The notes: generated from the letters alone by a model not told the origin. A stretch of DNA of 64,000 nucleotides from an uncultured Candidatus Saccharibacteria bacterium (GCA_964456235.1 CAYWDX010000001.1:125935-189934), one strand, 5' to 3'; numbered from the stretch's first letter, positions 1 to 9,429 are shown. Program-made: numbers and translations.

Positions 1-196
1 CGTTATTCACCTGCGCCACAGAAACGACGATAATTGATCCGGCGCCGGTTGAGCTGACGGCGCAGTTTACTGTCCCTGATCCTCCCCGAGCGCAGTTTGC
101 AGCTTGCACGACCGAAAGAGCCGCGTTCGCCGTTGGAGCCACGCAGAGGGAGATACTAACGATAAGGGTAAAGAGTACGTACGCGTATCGCTTCAT
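1..196 (-). CDS. Secreted protein, N-terminal fragment (gene continues past the left edge)
   Basis: ATG on the complement at 196-194. Translation MKRYAYVLFTLIVSISLCVAPTANA/ALSVVQ... is a classic signal peptide. The frame stays open to position 1. Absent from the ORF track because there is no in-window stop. Confidence 0.55.
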   Translation of the reverse strand, partial: MKRYAYVLFTLIVSISLCVAPTANAALSVVQAANCARGGSGTVNCAVSSTGAGSIIVVSVAQVNN

Positions 197-280
197 CGAT
201 GAATGTAGATGAGCGTAATAAAGACGCCCTGTATAAAAATTATATCACAGCGACCAGGCACTTTCTGATATAATAAGGAT

Positions 281-793
281 ATGAAGCGCCGTCATTCTGA
301 TGCTGGTCGCTCGTATATCTGGGTAGCGGTCGTCATTGTCGCGGTCGGTGTCGTTATTTATTATTTCGCACCCAAATTGAGTGGCCCTTCGTCGGGACAG
401 TCCGGGAGTTCATTCAAGCCAATCATGGTACAGGGAACGATTCCGGCTTCAAGTTATGGCGCCGGTGCGGTCGGAACAAAAACGGCGACGAGCGTGACGC
501 TCCAAACGCCGGTTTCTTCTGCGACGCTCGGCACGATCGTCGGCATGGCGAAGATCAGTTCCGGCGCCGGCGTCAACTTCACGACCACGGTCATCGGCCT
601 CACGGACCCAAAAACTAAAAAATTGCTCGGCAGCACGCCGTTCGGCGCCGATGGGTCATATCAATTTTTCGTGGAGCCGGGTGAATATATCCTCTCGATG
701 GTGAGCGGCCCCTTAAAAAGCGGTTCGCTCCCCCAGCGCGTCTACGTTGGCGTTGGCGAAGTTTTGAATATTAACTTTTTCGTTCACCGCTAG
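281..793 (+). CDS. Membrane-anchored hypothetical protein with a C-terminal beta-sandwich-like region (carboxypeptidase-regulatory-like, weak)
   Basis: N-terminal TM segment IWVAVVIVAVGVVIYYF. The C-terminal GADGSYQFFVEPGEYILSM pattern is typical of CarboxypepD_reg-like folds. TGaTATAAT lies 6 nt upstream of the ATG. Confidence 0.6.
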   Translation: MKRRHSDAGRSYIWVAVVIVAVGVVIYYFAPKLSGPSSGQSGSSFKPIMVQGTIPASSYGAGAVGTKTATSVTLQTPVSSATLGTIVGMAKISSGAGVNFTTTVIGLTDPKTKKLLGSTPFGADGSYQFFVEPGEYILSMVSGPLKSGSLPQRVYVGVGEVLNINFFVHR

Positions 794-818
794 TTGGTTC
801 GCTACGCTAGCTTGCTCG

Positions 819-1439
819 CTAAAGGTGGAGCAGTTGAATTTGTCCGGAGCTCGCCGTGTTCACGTTGGTGCCGGCTGCATAATTATTTCCCAATTGCCCG
901 CCCGCTGCATTATTTCCCGAACCGCCCGACCAATCGCTCTGGCCGGCCACATCACTCACGCTGCGCGTGAGGAATAGTTGATAGGTCGTCGAACTGCCGG
1001 TCCCCGATGCGTTCGCGACCACCGTTACCTTGATCGTCGAGGGGTCGAACGTGTTGCCGCTCGCAACCGTCGTCGCGTTGCCGCTTCCGTCGCGATAGAT
1101 GGTGTCGAGATAAAAGAAGCGGGTGTAGGTCGTGCTATTCACCGTCACCGATTGCCCCGTCGAGGTTCCGACCACCACAAACACCGAACTGCTCGGCGTT
1201 AAGTAATAGAGGTTCGCCGAGGTCGTCGCGAGCGTGAGTATGGTATTCCAATTCCCTGGCGCCCACGCCTGCACGTTGCCGAGCAGCTCACTCGCCAGTG
1301 AAGATTTCGCCTGGACCTGGCCCACCTGGTTATTTTGCAAAATGGCGGGCCGGATCAGCGATGCGGCAACCGCAAGAAGCACGGTGCCGATCCCGACGGC
1401 GATGAGAACCTCGATGATCGATTGTCCCTTATGGCGCAT
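819..1439 (-). CDS. Type IV pilin-like protein (minor pilin / pseudopilin)
   Basis: N-terminus MRHKG/QSIIEVLIAVGIGTVLL is a prepilin cleavage/methylation motif with Glu at +5 and a hydrophobic helix. Directly downstream of pilC. Confidence 0.8.
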   Translation of the reverse strand: MRHKGQSIIEVLIAVGIGTVLLAVAASLIRPAILQNNQVGQVQAKSSLASELLGNVQAWAPGNWNTILTLATTSANLYYLTPSSSVFVVVGTSTGQSVTVNSTTYTRFFYLDTIYRDGSGNATTVASGNTFDPSTIKVTVVANASGTGSSTTYQLFLTRSVSDVAGQSDWSGGSGNNAAGGQLGNNYAAGTNVNTASSGQIQLLHL

Positions 1440-1444
1440 GGCAA

Positions 1445-2650
1445 TTAGAATTGGCTCGTCAGTTGGTAGATCGGAACGATGATCGAGAGAGCGATCACGG
1501 CAACAATAATGCCCATAGCAATGAGGAGTGCCGGCTCGAGGAGCGAAACCAGCGCCCGAATATTCCCATCAATGTTCGTTTCGTAAAAATCTGAAAGCGT
1601 CACGAGCACTTCGTCGAGATGGCCGGCGCGTTCGGAAATTGCAATGAGGTTCGTGACCGATTTCGGGAACACTTCCTCGCGCCGAAATGATTCGCCAATC
1701 GTGAGCCCCTTTGCGAGTCCGTCGTGGGCAACGCGCTCGAGCGCCGCGGCAAAATCCCGATTCCCCACGGTCTGCGATGCAATCATAATGCTGTCAACGA
1801 TCGGCATACCGGCCTTCATGAGCGAACTCATCGTCGCCGCCATGCGTTGGACCGCGAGGTCGACATAAATCTTTCTGATGACCGGCAATGCGATCAGCAA
1901 TCGGTTCCATAACCGCTTGCCGGTTTCGGTTTTGTTGATGACGAACAGGAAGGCGATGATGACCGCGAAGAAGATGCCATAGAGCCAGAGGATGTTCGAT
2001 CCGATAAAGAGGCCGACACTGAACACGACGCGCGAGAAGAGCGGCGGGGTGATCGCGCTGCCGTTGAAAACGTTCGCGAGCTTGGGCAGCGCAAAGGTGA
2101 CCAGGAAGGTAAGGATCGCGAGCGCCATAACCAAAACAACGATGGGGTAGACGAGGGCCGATTTCACTTTGGCGCGGAGCTCTGCTTCTCGCTGGAGAGA
2201 AACCGAAAGTTCCTCGAATGTTTTCTGCAAATTGCCCGACGCCTCCGCCGCTTTCACGAGGTTTACGAATGTCGGCGAAAATGTTTCAGGATGTTTGGCG
2301 AACGCCGCGTAAAACGGCTGGCCACGCGTGAGGTTATTGTGCACCTCAAGCAAAAAATCGCGCATCGCCGGCTGGTCGAAATCCGCGATCAAAATATTGA
2401 TGGCCGAGAGGAGATCGGTGCCCACCCGCAACATAAGCGCGAGATATTTCGCGAGGAACACCTTATCGCTCACGCTGATGCCGCCCCAAAACTTCACCGA
2501 CTTCAGGCCCTTTTCCTTGATAGGTTTCACCGACAATGGCCTCATATCCTTCGCCGAGAGATAGCGGAGGACTTCATTCAAGGTGCTCGCTTCGAAATCT
2601 TCCTCAACGGAATTTCCGGCGCGATCGACGGCCAAATAGTGAAACAGCAT
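1445..2650 (-). CDS. pilC: Type IV pilus assembly platform protein PilC (GspF family)
   Basis: 401 aa, duplicated GspF-type domains with 3 TM segments. Sits between pilB and a pilin gene. Confidence 0.9.
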   Translation of the reverse strand: MLFHYLAVDRAGNSVEEDFEASTLNEVLRYLSAKDMRPLSVKPIKEKGLKSVKFWGGISVSDKVFLAKYLALMLRVGTDLLSAINILIADFDQPAMRDFLLEVHNNLTRGQPFYAAFAKHPETFSPTFVNLVKAAEASGNLQKTFEELSVSLQREAELRAKVKSALVYPIVVLVMALAILTFLVTFALPKLANVFNGSAITPPLFSRVVFSVGLFIGSNILWLYGIFFAVIIAFLFVINKTETGKRLWNRLLIALPVIRKIYVDLAVQRMAATMSSLMKAGMPIVDSIMIASQTVGNRDFAAALERVAHDGLAKGLTIGESFRREEVFPKSVTNLIAISERAGHLDEVLVTLSDFYETNIDGNIRALVSLLEPALLIAMGIIVAVIALSIIVPIYQLTSQF

Positions 2651-2675
2651 GTATCAATAGTATACCACGCGCCGA

Positions 2676-4397
2676 CTACTCCCGAATCACGCGCAGCACT
2701 TCTTCGAGCGTCGTTTGTGCGAGTCCCGCCTTCTCGAGACCGTCTTCGAACATCGTCTTCATGCCTTCTTTCCATGCCGTCGCGCGGAGTTCTTCCAAAC
2801 TGAAACGTTCAGCCATAATTTTTTCTTTGACGGCTTCGGTGATGCGGAAAATTTCGAAAATGCCGAGGCGGCCGCGATAGCCGGTCATGCCGCACGCGGA
2901 ACAACCCTTCCCGCGGAATTGCGTCTTCTGCACTTTGGCGCGCTCTGGCGGAATTTGCAGATCCTTCAACTGTTGCGCGACGGTTTTCATCGTGCTCTCA
3001 TCGACGTCGTACGAATAGATGCACGACTGGCAGATCTGGCGGACCAAGCGCTGTGCGACGACGAGGTTTAAAACCGAGACGACGAGGAACGGCGGCACTT
3101 TGAGATCGAAGAAGCGCGGGATCGAGGTCGGCGCGTCGTTCGTGTGGAGCGATGAAAGCAATAAGTGGCCCGTGAGCGCTGCCTGCACGCTGATTTCGGC
3201 GGTTTCGGCGTCTCGAATTTCGCCGACCATCACGATGTTCGGGTCCTGACGCAAAATCGCGCGCAGGCCCGAAGCGAAGGTGATCCCCGCCTGCGGGTTG
3301 ATTTGCATCTGGTTCACGTAGCGCATGTTGTATTCGATCGGGTCTTCAATCGTCGTCACGTTCACCTGCGGCTTGTTCAGAATATTCATGAGCGCGTAGA
3401 GCGTCGTCGTTTTACCGGAACCGGTTGGGCCGCAGGAAAGCACCATGCCGTAGGATTTTTTCAATTCTTCCGTAATGATCGCCGAATCGGTCTCGTTCAA
3501 ACCAAGTTCCTCGAGCGAAAGCGGTTTCTGCGTCGCTTCCAGCAAACGCATTTCAATTTTTTCACCGTAGAAGGTGGGGATCACCGATACGCGGATGTCG
3601 ATCGGCTGGTTCCCTACTTCGTAGCGGAAGCGCCCGTCCTGCGGCAAAAAGTGCTCGTCAATTTTCAAGCCGGCGAGCAATTTGAGGCGCGCGACGATCG
3701 CGGTGTGGACCGCTTTCGCGACGTCCATGATCTCGTACAAAATACCGTCGATGCGGTAGCGGATGAACATGGAATCTTCCAGGACTTCAATGTGGATGTC
3801 CGACGCGCGCGAAGCGAGGGCATACGAAAGGATGTTGTCCACGATGCCGACGATCGGCAACTCGCTCGCCGCCTCCTCCGGCGTCTTCGCGCGCGTCGCG
3901 AGGGACGCTTTGATGTTATCCTCGATCAGTTTTTTGAAATCCTGGCCCAATTCGTATCCGTAAATTGAGAAGCCGCGGTTCAAATCTTCCTGCGTCGCGA
4001 GCATGGGATGGATCTTCCCGTGCAAGCGCTCAGTGAGGAACGAAACCGTTTCCAAATCCGACGGGTCCACCATCGCCGCATCAAACGAGCCATCGGCCTC
4101 GCGCGCGAACACCACCACCTGGCGCTGGCGGGCGATGTCTTCCGGAAGGATCTTCACGACCGACGAATCAATTTTTTGCTTATCGAAATCTACCTGGGGC
4201 ACGCCAAGTTCGCGCGCGATCAGGCTTTGGATATAGTCCGCCGCCATGAAGCCGCCCGAAATAAGCACGTCGATAATGCTCTGATTTTTTCGCTCGGCGT
4301 CGACCGCAAGCTCGTCAAATTTTTCCGGAGAAAGAAGCCCTTCGGATGTCGCTAATTTTTTTATTTCAGAAACAGGCAGCGGGAGCCGCATACTCAT
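2676..4397 (-). CDS. pilB: Type IV pilus assembly ATPase PilB (GspE family)
   Basis: Walker A GPTGSGKTTT, Asp/His boxes, a C-terminal CSxC...CSACG tetracysteine motif and an N-terminal GSPII-type domain. Confidence 0.95.
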   Translation of the reverse strand: MSMRLPLPVSEIKKLATSEGLLSPEKFDELAVDAERKNQSIIDVLISGGFMAADYIQSLIARELGVPQVDFDKQKIDSSVVKILPEDIARQRQVVVFAREADGSFDAAMVDPSDLETVSFLTERLHGKIHPMLATQEDLNRGFSIYGYELGQDFKKLIEDNIKASLATRAKTPEEAASELPIVGIVDNILSYALASRASDIHIEVLEDSMFIRYRIDGILYEIMDVAKAVHTAIVARLKLLAGLKIDEHFLPQDGRFRYEVGNQPIDIRVSVIPTFYGEKIEMRLLEATQKPLSLEELGLNETDSAIITEELKKSYGMVLSCGPTGSGKTTTLYALMNILNKPQVNVTTIEDPIEYNMRYVNQMQINPQAGITFASGLRAILRQDPNIVMVGEIRDAETAEISVQAALTGHLLLSSLHTNDAPTSIPRFFDLKVPPFLVVSVLNLVVAQRLVRQICQSCIYSYDVDESTMKTVAQQLKDLQIPPERAKVQKTQFRGKGCSACGMTGYRGRLGIFEIFRITEAVKEKIMAERFSLEELRATAWKEGMKTMFEDGLEKAGLAQTTLEEVLRVIRE

Positions 4398-4400
4398 ATG

Positions 4401-4440
4401 ATAACAAAAAGTAACATCCCGGCCTACGCCGGGATGTTAC
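4401..4440 (-). terminator. Intrinsic terminator/attenuator between the major pilin gene and pilB
   Basis: Perfect 13-bp inverted repeat gtaacatcccggc/gccgggatgttac (4411-4440) with a 4-nt loop. On the minus strand it is followed by TTTTTGTTAT, which ends 3 nt before the pilB ATG. Confidence 0.75.
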
Positions 4441-4459
4441 CGAAACTATGAGGTGACGG

Positions 4460-5095
4460 TTAGAGCGTTAAACTCGTACCCTGCTCGTACATGAAATTGC
4501 TGCTGCCGCCGTCTGCGTTGTTCACGTCAGCCGTACCGGTGCTGTATTTCAAGCTCTCCATCTCCATACCAATCTTGTAGTTCGTGCCGCTCATGATGTA
4601 GGTGTAGAACATACCACAGCTTGAGAGGGCCGTCGTACCGCACGATGCGCTGCCCGGCGAGTTGATCGGATCAACCGGAAGTTGGCCGATCGGTGCGCCT
4701 GAGCTGATGGCGCCGAAGTTCACCGGAATCCATCCAGATCCCGTAATCACGCGCGAGCTCGAGTTGTTCAGCGACGTCGCCGTCGTGAGCCACTGCGCGC
4801 ACGAGGTGGTGGCTGCGTAGACGCCCGACTGGTTCGGGACATAGAAAGCTGTACCCGTCGCCATACTCGCATAGCAGATCGCCGCCGTTCCAAGGGAAGG
4901 CGAACTCACATCGGCGAGATAAAGCGCGAGGGCGCTCTTCAACGTTGCCGCATCCGAGACGCGGTTGGAATCCCGGGCCTGACGCAGAAGTTCGGCTGGG
5001 TTCAAGCTCAAAATGACCACGGTCGCGAGGACGGCAATGATAGCGATCACGATCAACAGTTCAATGAGCGTGAATGCCTTACGATTCTTTTTCAT
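4460..5095 (-). CDS. Type IV major pilin
   Basis: MKKNRKA/FTLIELLIVIAIIAVLA prepilin N-terminal methylation motif. 211 aa. Own promoter (TGaTATAAT, complement of 5142-5150) and a strong downstream hairpin. Confidence 0.9.
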   Translation of the reverse strand: MKKNRKAFTLIELLIVIAIIAVLATVVILSLNPAELLRQARDSNRVSDAATLKSALALYLADVSSPSLGTAAICYASMATGTAFYVPNQSGVYAATTSCAQWLTTATSLNNSSSRVITGSGWIPVNFGAISSGAPIGQLPVDPINSPGSASCGTTALSSCGMFYTYIMSGTNYKIGMEMESLKYSTGTADVNNADGGSSNFMYEQGTSLTL

Positions 5096-5161
5096 TATTG
5101 TCTTTGTTCTGGTGCAAAACCCGACCTTTATATATAGAACGATTATATCATGACGCGTTTT

Positions 5162-5881
5162 TTAGGCCTGAATATTCATTGTGGATAACTCTTTTGGCGG
5201 ATCTGCTTCGAATTTCAATCGCCGCCCGTCGCGCGCGGTAAATTCAAGCGAAAGCGCATGAAGCGCGAGGCGCGATGCCGCATGAGATTTTCCGTACAGT
5301 CGATCCCCGATGACCGGGTGGCCGATGCTTGCGAGATGAACGCGGATTTGGTGGGTCCGTCCCGTCTTTGGAACCACTTCAAGTAAAGAATTTTCGCCAA
5401 TCTTTTTCACCACGCGATATTCGGTGACGGCCTCCTTCATCATTTTGTTTGAATGGATGCTGCGTTTCAACGTTCCGCTCCGAATTCCGATCGGCGCATC
5501 AATCACGCCGTGATGTTGTTTGGGCATACCCACAACCAACGCGAGATATTTCTTTTTGATCTCATGTTTTTGGAAAAGCGATTTGAAATATTCGAATGAG
5601 TCCTGGGTGCGCGCGACGAGCATCACACCCGAAGTGTCCTTGTCGAGCCGGTGCACAATCCCCGGCCGCAGCTCCGGGTCATCGCCCACTTTTTTCAGTT
5701 CCGGGTAACGTTTGACGAGCCAATCGACGAGCGTATCGTGCTTGCTGCTCGTACTGGGCGCGCCGGGATGTCCCGTGGCGTGCCGGGCGGCGTGCACCTG
5801 CCAGCCGGAGGGCTTATTGATGACAAGAAAATCCTTTTCTTCGTGGATGACCTCGGGGCCCACTAGAACGCCGGGTGCCAT
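5162..5881 (-). CDS. RluA-family 23S rRNA/tRNA pseudouridine synthase
   Basis: Catalytic motif HRLDKDTSGVMLVA and C-terminal GRTHQIRVHL, both RluA/RluD family signatures. Confidence 0.9.
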   Translation of the reverse strand: MAPGVLVGPEVIHEEKDFLVINKPSGWQVHAARHATGHPGAPSTSSKHDTLVDWLVKRYPELKKVGDDPELRPGIVHRLDKDTSGVMLVARTQDSFEYFKSLFQKHEIKKKYLALVVGMPKQHHGVIDAPIGIRSGTLKRSIHSNKMMKEAVTEYRVVKKIGENSLLEVVPKTGRTHQIRVHLASIGHPVIGDRLYGKSHAASRLALHALSLEFTARDGRRLKFEADPPKELSTMNIQA

Positions 5882-5989
5882 TGCGTGATCGAAAGGTCGC
5901 GGATAAAGAGCGCGAGACAGAATATAACCACGGCAACCACAACGAGCGTGACGAAGTATCGTTTCATCGGTTTATTTATCCTAGCATAT

Positions 5990-8944
5990 TCATTTTTTAC
6001 AGAGCTGGTTTAATTTTTTTCGCGTGAGCGTGCCGAAGATACCGGTTCCCGCGGTCAATTGCTGCGGAGTGAGAATGTCGGCGGCGAAAATTTCCTGGAA
6101 TGCGCCCACGGCGCGCGCCCTGGCGGGGCCAAAATATTCGGTTTCGTGCCCAGGCGACCCTGGCCCATCCGCCGCTACCTGCGTAAGAGAACTTTTGTTG
6201 AGTGTTTGTTGCAATAATTGCACGCTATTCCCCGTCGCGCCTTCCTGTAAATTTTTTCTGAATGCGGCGGCGCAGTTACTGCCGAGCTGAAGCGCTATCA
6301 ATTTTTGTTTGAGTGCGATGAGTTGCGATTTGAGATCTGGTGTTGGCGTTGCCGATCCCCGCGCCGCGGTCGTCGTACTCACGCCGAGCACTTTTCCATT
6401 TTCCTGGAGCGGCGGTGATTGATTGTTCTGATTGTGCGCGGGAGGATCTTGGGCGACCGAACTGCCACCGCTCGATCCACCGCTCGATGGAGCATTCACG
6501 GGCGGCGTTGATGTCGGCGACGAGGGCGTTGATGTTGGCGACGGTGGTGCCGGCGACACATTGCCGACCGGTTGAATCACGTCATCCATCGCACCGTCGC
6601 CATCATTATCCATCTTCAAAGCCAAGTCGCTCTGCGGATTTACAAAATGGAGCTGCGCCGTGGTGCTGGCGCTCGCGAGCGAGATCAACGGATACGTGAC
6701 CGTACTGCTTACCATGGCGCCGTCATATTCTTTTATCTGCATGCGGAATATTCCTGCGTCTGATGCGCGGCCCACGATGGTATAAAATTCCCCAGCCGGC
6801 AATGCTGGCACCAAGGCGAAAAGATTACTGCCGAAAACATCGTATTCAGCTCCTGGAATCGTAGCCATAAGGATTCCCGATGTCGCCATGCTAAGCTCGC
6901 GACCTTGGGAGTCGTAAATATCAAGCGTGACCGGGCCGTTGACGCTGACCTCGAAGTTTCGAGGGCGCAGACCCATGCAATCGGGAGGGTTCATGGAAAT
7001 TCCCCGAGGCAGCGTGGTCGTCCCCGTGCCCGCAAGAATGTCTTTAATAAATTCTAGCGGGATGGCGTCAGTTGCGAGCCCCATATGATCGGTCCCCGTT
7101 TGGTCGCCAAGGATGAAATACGTATTCGAACTATTTGCCAAATTCAGAGCGCTCAACTCCGGGATGGTGCCGTCACCAATATCGCGCCTTACTTCAACGA
7201 CACCGCCGTCATACAAATCAAACCCCACGATGGTCGGGCGGTTGCAGCCGATGATGTTGTATATACTCGAAACATGTATCGGCATCGCGTCCACGGCATC
7301 ATGAAAATTGTCGGCGAGATGCGAGAGCGGCGCATTCGGCCCCATCGAATGACCGTGGTCTAATATTTCATCTTTCCCATTTCTCAAATCATGAATGTAG
7401 TCGCCGGCGATAGTCGCGTAGCGAGCGCTCGGCAGCATTTCATAAATTGCCGGCATATTTTCGACAATCATTTTCGCTTCGCGCGGATTCAAGCCGAGAC
7501 CAAGCCAATTCATGCCAAGATCGTCGCCGTAGTTTAGCATTTGGTATGCGCGGGGCGTGCCCAGTTGCGGAACGCCGAGCAGGATAGCTTTGTCGATGTC
7601 CGTATGCGACGCAAGATATTCTTCGAGAAGCAGCCCGCCCATGCTGTGCGCGATCACGTTAACTTTTCCCGTCGGGGAAATCCTCACGGCGCGCGCAATC
7701 ACCGACGCAAGCGAATCCGTCGAACTCTCGATCGAGATGCGCCAGTCATAGGGCGCGGCGAAAAGATCGCGGCCTTCTGTATAGCCGTTTTGGACAAGCA
7801 TATCAATCAAATTTTGATACAACTTTTTCTCGAACGTGACGCCGAGAAAGCTCGTCGTAACGTTGCGCAGGATGTCGGTTGGGGAAAGTTGCCGATCGGC
7901 AAATGGCGTGCCGTCGGCATCGAGGGCTAAGAAATCTAAATAGCCATCATTTGATGAAGTGATCATCTGCGATGCACTCGGCCACGCTTCCCCGCCATCG
8001 GCGCGAACAAGACGCGAACCCATGATGCCGGGAATGATGACGACCGGCTCCCGAATCGCTTCTGGCAGCGTTGCGGTTGGTATATTGAAATCGATATTGC
8101 CTGGGCTCCGAAATTCAATCCAGGGCGAAGTGAACCCGCCGGTACGATCAACCGCTCGCGCGGCCCAATGATATGCCCCTGGCGCGAGGCCGGCCACCGT
8201 TCCCGACGCGACTTCACCGATGCCGACTGAATGAGTCGTGATCGTAGTGCTCCCCGATAATGGAACTGCGATCGGTTCGACTTCGATCTGCAAGGCGGCG
8301 GTGTCGGACGCGAAAAACATCTGCATGGTTGCGCCGAATGATACGGCACTCCCCGATGCCACGCCGTTCTCCGGAATCGTGGTCGTCGTGCCGAAAAAAT
8401 ATTGCGCGAGGTTTGTGAAGCCCACCGGGGATCCGACGCCGTCAGAATCACCGAAAACTAAATACGGATAAAATGCACCATCACTCCCCCGCGTGCCATA
8501 GACTTGCGCATCAAATGAACCGGAAGAAGAAAACTGAACGCTCACGCCGGTATCGCCCGCCCCGCCGTAATTAATATTCACGTCGTCGAACGTGTAGACC
8601 GCTTTTTGCCCAAGCTTCCCGGCCGCTTCCGCCGATGTTACGCAGTGTATATAAACCTGGTTTCCTCCGCGAAAGATGTTTACGAGCACGCCGGTATTGG
8701 GCGCGACCGGACAAAACGCGCTCACCCCTCGCTGCGAGTCATTTAAAATATTCATCTCCACTTGCAGATGGCTTACATGGCCCAGCGCATCGGCATATGC
8801 TGCGCCGAGCGGGCTCATGACAACGCTTGACGTTGCATCATCAAAATACTGGGCGTACAAATTCGCTGCATCCGCGTGATGCGTCCACAATAAAAACCAG
8901 GCGCCGGCCGCCACGCTGGCGACCGCAAAAAATTTCTTTTGCAT
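5990..8944 (-). CDS. Secreted multidomain protein: LCAT/PGAP1-like alpha/beta-hydrolase (lipase/acyltransferase), S/T/P linker, C-terminal peptidoglycan-binding domain
   Basis: Signal peptide MQKKFFAVASVAAGAWFLLWTHHADA. Oxyanion-type IIPGIMGS and nucleophile elbow AHSMGG. Linker PAPPSPTSTPSSPTSTPP..SSGGSSGGSS. C-terminal LQQTLN...YFGPARARAVGAFQ resembles PG_binding_1. Confidence 0.8.
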   Translation of the reverse strand: MQKKFFAVASVAAGAWFLLWTHHADAANLYAQYFDDATSSVVMSPLGAAYADALGHVSHLQVEMNILNDSQRGVSAFCPVAPNTGVLVNIFRGGNQVYIHCVTSAEAAGKLGQKAVYTFDDVNINYGGAGDTGVSVQFSSSGSFDAQVYGTRGSDGAFYPYLVFGDSDGVGSPVGFTNLAQYFFGTTTTIPENGVASGSAVSFGATMQMFFASDTAALQIEVEPIAVPLSGSTTITTHSVGIGEVASGTVAGLAPGAYHWAARAVDRTGGFTSPWIEFRSPGNIDFNIPTATLPEAIREPVVIIPGIMGSRLVRADGGEAWPSASQMITSSNDGYLDFLALDADGTPFADRQLSPTDILRNVTTSFLGVTFEKKLYQNLIDMLVQNGYTEGRDLFAAPYDWRISIESSTDSLASVIARAVRISPTGKVNVIAHSMGGLLLEEYLASHTDIDKAILLGVPQLGTPRAYQMLNYGDDLGMNWLGLGLNPREAKMIVENMPAIYEMLPSARYATIAGDYIHDLRNGKDEILDHGHSMGPNAPLSHLADNFHDAVDAMPIHVSSIYNIIGCNRPTIVGFDLYDGGVVEVRRDIGDGTIPELSALNLANSSNTYFILGDQTGTDHMGLATDAIPLEFIKDILAGTGTTTLPRGISMNPPDCMGLRPRNFEVSVNGPVTLDIYDSQGRELSMATSGILMATIPGAEYDVFGSNLFALVPALPAGEFYTIVGRASDAGIFRMQIKEYDGAMVSSTVTYPLISLASASTTAQLHFVNPQSDLALKMDNDGDGAMDDVIQPVGNVSPAPPSPTSTPSSPTSTPPVNAPSSGGSSGGSSVAQDPPAHNQNNQSPPLQENGKVLGVSTTTAARGSATPTPDLKSQLIALKQKLIALQLGSNCAAAFRKNLQEGATGNSVQLLQQTLNKSSLTQVAADGPGSPGHETEYFGPARARAVGAFQEIFAADILTPQQLTAGTGIFGTLTRKKLNQLCKK

Positions 8945-9003
8945 GGCCGGGATTCTACCACAACCGCCATTAAAAACTGATTAAAATTTCGAGCCCCTTG
9001 GGG

Positions 9004-9075
9004 TGCGCGTGGTAGGGATCGAACCTACGCTCTCTCGATTATCAGTCGAGTGCTTTACCACTAAGCTACACGCGC
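9004..9075 (-). tRNA. tRNA-Ile (anticodon GAU)
   Basis: Complement folds as a cloverleaf: acceptor GCGCGTG/CACGCGC, anticodon arm CTCGA-CTGATAA-TCGAG, T arm GTAGG-TTCGATC-CCTAC. No encoded CCA. Confidence 0.9.
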
Positions 9076-9096
9076 GTCACGATCGTGCGATCGCGG

Positions 9097-9168
9097 TGCG
9101 TCCTGGAGGGATCGGACCTCCGGCCTCTACAGTGTCATTGTAGCGCTCTACCACTGAGCTAAGGACGC
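9097..9168 (-). tRNA. tRNA-Val (anticodon GAC)
   Basis: Acceptor GCGTCCT/AGGACGC, anticodon arm CTACA-ATGACAC-TGTAG, T arm GGAGG-TCCGATC-CCTCC (C at position 55, non-canonical). No encoded CCA. Confidence 0.85.
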
Positions 9169-9210
9169 GGAATATTCATGCGAACAACCGTATGATACGC
9201 CGTACAGCCT

Positions 9211-9429
9211 TTATTTGACAAGCCCGCGGAGGTCGAGCGACTGGGCGCCCTTCAGATTGAAGTTCGCATTTTGCCCATCGGCGTTGCTCGGATTCGCTAT
9301 CCGATCGATCGCTCCGAACATATTACCGATCCCCCAGCTCGATAGGGCGATCAAAAAACCGAGCAGCACGAGCGCGAGCGTCGTGAGGATAATTTCAGGA
9401 TATTTGCGGAAAAAATTTTTTAATGACAT
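9211..9429 (-). CDS. Small membrane-anchored hypothetical protein
   Basis: 72 aa with one TM helix (IILTTLALVLLGFLIALSSWGI). Tightly follows the upstream 173-aa gene with a 20-nt gap. Confidence 0.5.
   Translation of the reverse strand: MSLKNFFRKYPEIILTTLALVLLGFLIALSSWGIGNMFGAIDRIANPSNADGQNANFNLKGAQSLDLRGLVK

Noticed and set aside
3165-3968. Long antisense or overlapping ORFs in the track. Examples: 3165-3968 +, 11727-12458 -, 12534-13430 -, 14094-14981 -, 14830-15612 +, 19609-20772 +, 29195-29917 +, 38560-39471 +, 44660-45592 -, 52006-52689 -, 57913-58863 +.
   Set aside because: Each lies opposite or out of frame within a gene that has unmistakable conserved motifs (pilB, topA, rel, parB, infB, gyrB, groEL, GT2, SDR, DUF218). 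Their translations are R/A/G/P-rich low-information sequence typical of stop-poor antisense frames in GC-rich DNA.
5863-5967. 34-codon minus-strand ORF MKRYFVTLVVVAVVIFCLALFIRDLSITQWHPAF, upstream of and overlapping the pseudouridine synthase start.
   Set aside because: It is only a single hydrophobic helix with no SD, -10 box or conservation evidence available. It could be real, but this cannot be supported from the sequence alone.
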